IMG/VR virus record: IMGVR_UViG_3300037462_000805
Location: 1 to 37,002 of that record
Source of the DNA: a virus
Lineage: Duplodnaviria > Caudoviricetes
Strand: one strand, 5' to 3'
Length of the DNA: 37,002 nucleotides
How positions within the stretch are numbered: the first letter of the stretch is position 1; every line of letters begins with the position of its first letter. Below, piece after piece: positions 32,394-37,002 of the stretch. The position numbers and the translations under genes are program-made. The notes below the pieces were generated by a model. That model saw only the letters and a list, made by a program, of their open reading frames with translations. It had not been told where the DNA came from and searched no databases.

Positions 32394-33412
32394 GTTTAAT
32401 TACCACCATAGAGGAAATCAAAAAGTACATCGCCATTGATGGTAATTCAACAATGGTAACCATGCAGCCTTACCTTGATGAAGCGCAGCAGATCTACCTG
32501 GTAGAACTACTCGGCCAGCCTTTTATTGATGCCCTGCAAACGGCTTATGATAGTGCATCGGGTGTAGTGGATGATATCAGTGACAACAACATCAAGGCAT
32601 TGTTCCCTTATGTGCAACGTGCCTTTTCTTACTATGCGTTATTGCTTGCTATTCCTCACCTAACCGTTAGCGTTGGCGACATGGGTGTGCGCACTGACCG
32701 ATCGGATGAGAGCGACCCGGCACCACGCTGGCAGATTGAAAAGCTGCAATTGCATTACCTTAAAAATGGCGACATCCATGCCGATAAGTTATTGGCTCAT
32801 TTAGAAGCTACCGCTACTGGCAGTGTATTCCCTTCCTGGTTCAACAGTACTTTCAATACTAAAAATAGTGGCTTTATTGTTTACAGCACTGCCATTGCCA
32901 GCCGCTACATCAGCATCAACAACAGCAGGCGTGTGTTCCTGTCTATCCGCAACAAAATACGCGAGATCGAACAGCGCAGCATACCTAAGCTGATTGGTGC
33001 AGCACAATATGCTGAGCTGGTTGCGCAGCTTAGAGGCAATAACGTCAGTGCCAACAATGCTTTACTCATTGGCAAGCTCGAACCGATCATCAGCAAACAA
33101 GCGCTTTACATGCAGCTGCCTTTTATGCGCGTGCAGGTTGCCGATAATGGTATCTTCCTATATAGTCAGACAGATGAGATCTTCAAGAACCTACTGGCCT
33201 CCCCTGCTGACATTAAGCTATTGCAACAGCAATTGAAAGAAGGTGATTTTGGTTTTGATGCCGACATTGAAGATCTGCGCCAGTTCCTACTCGACAACAT
33301 CGACAACTATCCGCTGGTAAAATCAACCGGAGTATACACCAGCCGACCAGTGCCGGGACCTACCTGGCAAACCCTCGATCCATTACCTGACGACAAATAC
33401 TTTGCACCATGA
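32390..33412 (+). CDS. Putative head-tail adaptor (DUF6712-like)
   Basis: Two-fold internal repeat (AQQIYLVELLGQPFIDAL / IEQRSIPKLIGAAQYAEL); follows the portal gene. Confidence 0.6.
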   Translation: MSLITTIEEIKKYIAIDGNSTMVTMQPYLDEAQQIYLVELLGQPFIDALQTAYDSASGVVDDISDNNIKALFPYVQRAFSYYALLLAIPHLTVSVGDMGVRTDRSDESDPAPRWQIEKLQLHYLKNGDIHADKLLAHLEATATGSVFPSWFNSTFNTKNSGFIVYSTAIASRYISINNSRRVFLSIRNKIREIEQRSIPKLIGAAQYAELVAQLRGNNVSANNALLIGKLEPIISKQALYMQLPFMRVQVADNGIFLYSQTDEIFKNLLASPADIKLLQQQLKEGDFGFDADIEDLRQFLLDNIDNYPLVKSTGVYTSRPVPGPTWQTLDPLPDDKYFAP

Positions 33413-33606
33413 CAGCATATCAGAAAGAGAATTTGATAACAAACCTATACAAGACTGTTGCTATTGCTTTGATATCGATTTGTGCCTTTTTTCTTAAACA
33501 GATACACGATGATTTCAGTACCACTAAAGAAGTGGTACACGATTTAGAATTAAAAGTCAATACGATTCAAGTTGACATTGAGTACATAAAACAGAAATCG
33601 AAATGA
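33409..33606 (+). CDS. Small membrane protein (holin- or spanin-like)
   Basis: Single TM segment (TVAIALISICAFFL) plus a short coiled coil; coupled to the endolysin. Confidence 0.55.
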   Translation: MTAYQKENLITNLYKTVAIALISICAFFLKQIHDDFSTTKEVVHDLELKVNTIQVDIEYIKQKSK

Positions 33607-34160
33607 AAGCCTCCGACAATGTATTTCTAAAAGTAAGATCAGGTGTAGTACTTACACCCATTATCGAGCCTGTCATCTGCGCATTGGAAATTGAATTCCG
33701 TGCGGCAGATCTATATGCCTTTGTTACCAGTGGTCTTCGCGATGCACACGACCAGCTGCGCATTGTAAAAAAATACCTGTTGGTAAAAGGTCTCGACAAG
33801 CACTATCCTGAAGCCATGGCCTGTAAGCACCCGATGGAAAAACAAAACGGTTATTATGTTTGGCAGCTTGCCTGGAGCCATCTGCTTTATGTGGGTGTAA
33901 TCATTAATCCACCGCTGGAGGCTGAGTGTCTGATGGACTACTACCGCAATGGCAAAAACAGAAAAGGCCAGATCATCAACCAGACACCCCATGCCAATGG
34001 TGGATGTTTTGATATTGGCGGTGCCGGTGGCGATGATGCCACCATAAAAGACGAACTGCTGGTAATGCAAAAAGCCATGCAGAAGCGTATCAAAGGGCTC
34101 ATCAATATTCTACCTGAGCATAACAATAATGCCATACACTGCGACTGTGTTCGCTTTTAA
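33603..34160 (+). CDS. Endolysin, M15-like Zn peptidase
   Basis: TSGLR, H-x6-D (PHANGGCFD) and terminal AIHCD metal ligands; flanked by membrane proteins. Confidence 0.7.
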   Translation: MKASDNVFLKVRSGVVLTPIIEPVICALEIEFRAADLYAFVTSGLRDAHDQLRIVKKYLLVKGLDKHYPEAMACKHPMEKQNGYYVWQLAWSHLLYVGVIINPPLEAECLMDYYRNGKNRKGQIINQTPHANGGCFDIGGAGGDDATIKDELLVMQKAMQKRIKGLINILPEHNNNAIHCDCVRF

Positions 34161-34162
34161 GC

Positions 34163-34198
34163 TGTCCTAATTCTTCCTGTATAACAGGAGTAGTTTAG
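34163..34198 (+). promoter_or_regulatory. Putative late promoter (GTCCTA box) for the holin/tail operon
   Basis: GTCCTA at 34164; TAGTTTAG ends at +34; ATG at +38. Confidence 0.5.
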
Positions 34199-34201
34199 GG
34201 T

Positions 34202-34675
34202 ATGAATTTCATCGGAAAACTATTTGGCTTAAAGCCAAAAGAAATGGTTGACAGTGTCGGCAATGTGCTCGATAACCTGATCACCAATAAAGAAGAACGT
34301 GATGCTGCTAAGCTTGCTGTACAGCAAGAGGCACATCGCCACTTAGAGGCGATTGCCAAGGCAGCTGATGACATGGAACGCGCCTACCTGGCTGACATTG
34401 ACAGCGCCAGAAAAATGCAGACTGCCGCACTGCAGCAGGAAGACAAGTTTAGCAAGCGCTATGTCTACTACTTAAGCAGCTTTGTGATTGTAAGCGCTAC
34501 AGCATTTGGCCTGTTATTATTCTTTGTAGACTTCCCCGAAAGCAACCGTAGGCTGGTAGAGATGTTTGCCGACATCTATCTGTTTGCCGGTGCCATTATG
34601 GTGTTGCAATTCTTCTTCGGTAGCTCTAAAGGAAGCCAGGATAAAGACGTATTGCTAAAACAGATGAAGCCATGA
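34202..34675 (+). CDS. Holin-like protein
   Basis: N-terminal VGNVLDNLITNKEER, ADIDSARKMQ, two TM segments and C-terminal FFFGSSKGSQDK. Confidence 0.7.
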   Translation: MNFIGKLFGLKPKEMVDSVGNVLDNLITNKEERDAAKLAVQQEAHRHLEAIAKAADDMERAYLADIDSARKMQTAALQQEDKFSKRYVYYLSSFVIVSATAFGLLLFFVDFPESNRRLVEMFADIYLFAGAIMVLQFFFGSSKGSQDKDVLLKQMKP

Positions 34676-35163
34676 TTTCGCCTACTCCTTTACAATACCA
34701 GTTTAACAACCCGATACCAGATCAGGTGTTAGCCGAATGGAAAAATACTGTTCGATTCGAATACTCGAACGACACGCCACCTGAAGTAAAAGAGTTTATT
34801 GAAGCGCTGGCTGCTAAGCTGCCCAGTGCCGAACGATTTAGAATAGAGAAGGTTCCCTTTACTGGCTATGAGTTAAGCCTATGCGGCATTAAAGAGATTG
34901 GTAAGGAACCAGTGGTAAAGTTTGGAGTGTATCAAATTGATGTACCTGTTCTCCAACCTGTAGCAGCTGCACTGACTATGTACAGAATTTATAAACGCAA
35001 AGGTAGACCTGGTTTGATTGACTACTGCAAAGCCAAGGTAAAGGGTAGAGAGCTTGAGCGTGTACTCGACATACTCAACGTGCATGTGTTTAAGCAAGAG
35101 CGACCAGAGTTCAGGCAGGTAATGGACGCGATCTATAATAGCAAACAGTTGACTGACAATTAA
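34672..35163 (+). CDS. Hypothetical protein
   Basis: 163 aa with an ATGA overlap in the late operon. Confidence 0.6.
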   Translation: MISPTPLQYQFNNPIPDQVLAEWKNTVRFEYSNDTPPEVKEFIEALAAKLPSAERFRIEKVPFTGYELSLCGIKEIGKEPVVKFGVYQIDVPVLQPVAAALTMYRIYKRKGRPGLIDYCKAKVKGRELERVLDILNVHVFKQERPEFRQVMDAIYNSKQLTDN

Positions 35164-35165
35164 CC

Positions 35166-35954
35166 ATGGATAAAGTCTATAAGGTATCGGATCTGTTTTA
35201 CACGCACTGGAACCAGCTGCCTGTGCAGCGCATGGCAGATGGCTATATGGCCTTTAATCATTTGCAAACCGTAAAGCCAGACAGTGTAGACTATGGCAAG
35301 TACCTGATCTTCACCCTGCGTGCTTTGCGTAAAAACTGGCGACTGGTGGATAAGATAAACGTGCCTCAGGCAGTAGACATCTTTAACGAGCTAAAGCCCA
35401 ATCTGGAAAAGCCCTGGTATAACTTCCCTGTGCAGCGCGTGAGCCTGCGCCTCGAATTTATACATGCGCCTAAAGAAAAAATGGGCAACCGAAGCTTTGA
35501 CCATTTAGTATATGCCGACTCATGCTTCACAAAAGTACTGGCGGCTAAAACTGATCAGGAGCAAAAGCACAACCTGGCTAAGCTCATGGCTGTGCTCTAC
35601 ATCCGATCAGGCGAGCTTACTTACAACGACAGGGTTACTGATGTAAAGGCTATGTACCTGGAGAAACATGCACACGACTTCCAGCTTTGGCTCACCTTCT
35701 ACACCTTCGCCCACATCAAAAAATACATAGTGGATAACTGTGTGCACTTGTTCGAAAAACCAAAGGCAGACAGCTTAACGGCCAACAGAGCCATTACCGA
35801 CAGCATGCCTACATGGACAGAGATAAAGTTCTCATTGGCAGAAAGTGGTGTGTTTGGCGATTTCGATAAAGTTGGCCAGACCGATGTATACAAAGTGATC
35901 AACTACCTGGAGAGCCGGGCTAAGAAGCAGCAGGAGGCTGCACAGAAGAAATGA
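35166..35954 (+). CDS. Hypothetical protein (possible tail assembly chaperone)
   Basis: 262 aa with C-terminal W.EI..SLAESGVFGDFDKV motif; function inferred from position. Confidence 0.5.
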   Translation: MDKVYKVSDLFYTHWNQLPVQRMADGYMAFNHLQTVKPDSVDYGKYLIFTLRALRKNWRLVDKINVPQAVDIFNELKPNLEKPWYNFPVQRVSLRLEFIHAPKEKMGNRSFDHLVYADSCFTKVLAAKTDQEQKHNLAKLMAVLYIRSGELTYNDRVTDVKAMYLEKHAHDFQLWLTFYTFAHIKKYIVDNCVHLFEKPKADSLTANRAITDSMPTWTEIKFSLAESGVFGDFDKVGQTDVYKVINYLESRAKKQQEAAQKK

Positions 35955-36448
35955 GTTTGCAATTAAACACATACCTCGGGTACCGTAACTACTTCCAAAA
36001 CCTTGCTACACAGCATGTAGACATAGAGGGCTTTCAATACGGTAACGACAAGGTGATCAGCTTTAAAAATAAAAGCGGATTGCCTTCACTCTTCATGCAG
36101 TGCCTGCCCTACGAAAAAGCCAAGTATGACGGCCCCAACCTCGACCAGCAATACAGGCGCAAGCGTGCACGATATGCCATTATGAAGATAAGAGGTGGCG
36201 ACACCTTCGAGGCAGAGAATGCTGACTACATACAGCTTGAAGCCATCGCCTTACAAGTTAACGCACGCATACTCTATCGCGACAAGCAAAACCTTGGGGT
36301 GATTGTAGATGTGAACAGCATTGAGATGGACCCTTTCGAAACCACTGTTGGCGCTACAAAGTACCGAGGCATAGAAGTAGGCATGGATGTAAAAGACAAT
36401 GCCGGTATGGCACTAGATGTAAGTAAGTGGAATGATTTAACTCCTTAA
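35951..36448 (+). CDS. Putative tail terminator-like protein
   Basis: 165 aa, alternating alpha/beta pattern, immediately before the tail-tip genes. Confidence 0.5.
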   Translation: MSLQLNTYLGYRNYFQNLATQHVDIEGFQYGNDKVISFKNKSGLPSLFMQCLPYEKAKYDGPNLDQQYRRKRARYAIMKIRGGDTFEAENADYIQLEAIALQVNARILYRDKQNLGVIVDVNSIEMDPFETTVGATKYRGIEVGMDVKDNAGMALDVSKWNDLTP

Positions 36449-36450
36449 GC

Positions 36451-37002
36451 ATGGCGATTAACTTACTAACCGGAAACCTAAACCAGTGGGGCAGCAACGG
36501 AACCTTTGAAGCCGATCAAAGTACCTGGGGATTTTACATCGATGGCGTGTTTCGCGATGGTGCTGAAAGGACGCAGGGACTTTTCGCAGCAAAGCGAACT
36601 GTATTCGGTGATTTTGCAAGCCTGGGTTCCAATGTTTGGCTATCCTTTGGTTTAGCCAGTTTGGTTACAGGCCGAAGATATCTGGCAACGGTTAAGGTTA
36701 AAACATTGTCTTCAAACCCTGTCGCTAATGGGAGTACCTTAATCGGGTTTGAGATACCTTTTCTGGCTACTTCAGTGACTGTAGTCAACAGAACTGTTAC
36801 GCAGGCTACTGATAACTGGGCTACTGTTGAGATCTTTTTTACAGCAGGTCAAACGGGTAATACAGGGATAAATCTAAATCTCAAAAAATCAGTGCCAAGC
36901 GATGAGCTTATCTTCGGTGGTGCTGTTTGGGCAGATGAATTCTACATTTACGAATACGAAGAAGTACCCGATCCACCACCCGTGTGTACACTACTGCTTA
37001 AC
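36451..37002 (+). CDS. 5' part of a tail-associated protein that continues across the circular join into 30..1805 (full length about 738 aa); N-terminal beta-sandwich or CBM-like domain
   Basis: ATG at 36451 (MAINLLTGNLNQWGSNGTFEADQSTWGF...) is open to the window end and in frame with VPSDELIFGG of ORF 30..1805. Confidence 0.85.
   Translation, partial: MAINLLTGNLNQWGSNGTFEADQSTWGFYIDGVFRDGAERTQGLFAAKRTVFGDFASLGSNVWLSFGLASLVTGRRYLATVKVKTLSSNPVANGSTLIGFEIPFLATSVTVVNRTVTQATDNWATVEIFFTAGQTGNTGINLNLKKSVPSDELIFGGAVWADEFYIYEYEEVPDPPPVCTLLLN
36863..37002 (+). repeat. Terminal overlap copy 2 (circularity signature)
   Basis: Begins CAGGGATAAATCTAAATCTC and ends CTACTGCTTAAC, as do bases 1-140. Confidence 0.95.

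Larger units (their letters stand above)
1..37002. mobile_element. Complete circularly permuted temperate tailed phage genome (about 36.9 kb), probable Bacteroidota host, in excised (attP) form
   Basis: 140-bp terminal overlap with an ORF continuing across it. Terminase, portal-like, S49 protease, capsid, tail, tape measure, lysis, integrase, repressor and primase-helicase genes are all present. No host housekeeping genes seen. Confidence 0.93.

Noticed and set aside
34672-35954. Programmed frameshift pair of tail chaperones
   Set aside because: The ORFs are separated by 2 bp, the second has its own ATG, and I saw no slippery heptamer at the junction.

Overview
The window reads as a complete, circularly permuted temperate tailed-phage genome of about 36,862 bp. 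Bases 1-140 repeat at 36863-37002, and one ORF runs across that join. The host is most likely a Bacteroidota bacterium; this is inferred from SprB-like repeats, the integrase type and TAnnTTTG-like promoter elements. Modules in order: tail and tape measure (36451 across the join to 6227), morons plus a C4-like antisense leader (6224-8404), terminase (9204-11304), integrase, attP and repressor (11448-13620), early and replication genes with iterons (13676-19462), a diversity-generating retroelement (DGR, 19624-22343), a minus-strand tail-fibre block (22340-26834), and head, tail tube, portal and lysis genes (26941-36448). The standout is the DGR. One 75-nt template repeat (20923-20997) differs almost only at adenines from variable repeats in three tandem, small, apparently cytoplasmic paralogues in the early region, not in the tail fibres. 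No Avd gene is recognisable, but a beta-rich 98-aa ORF overlaps the end of the RT gene. Other signals are a shared GTCCTA late-promoter box, attP arm-like repeats duplicated at the late-control switch, and a 1.2-kb zone free of A-tracts beside a candidate packaging site. All protein calls come from motif recognition by eye; no database searches were run.
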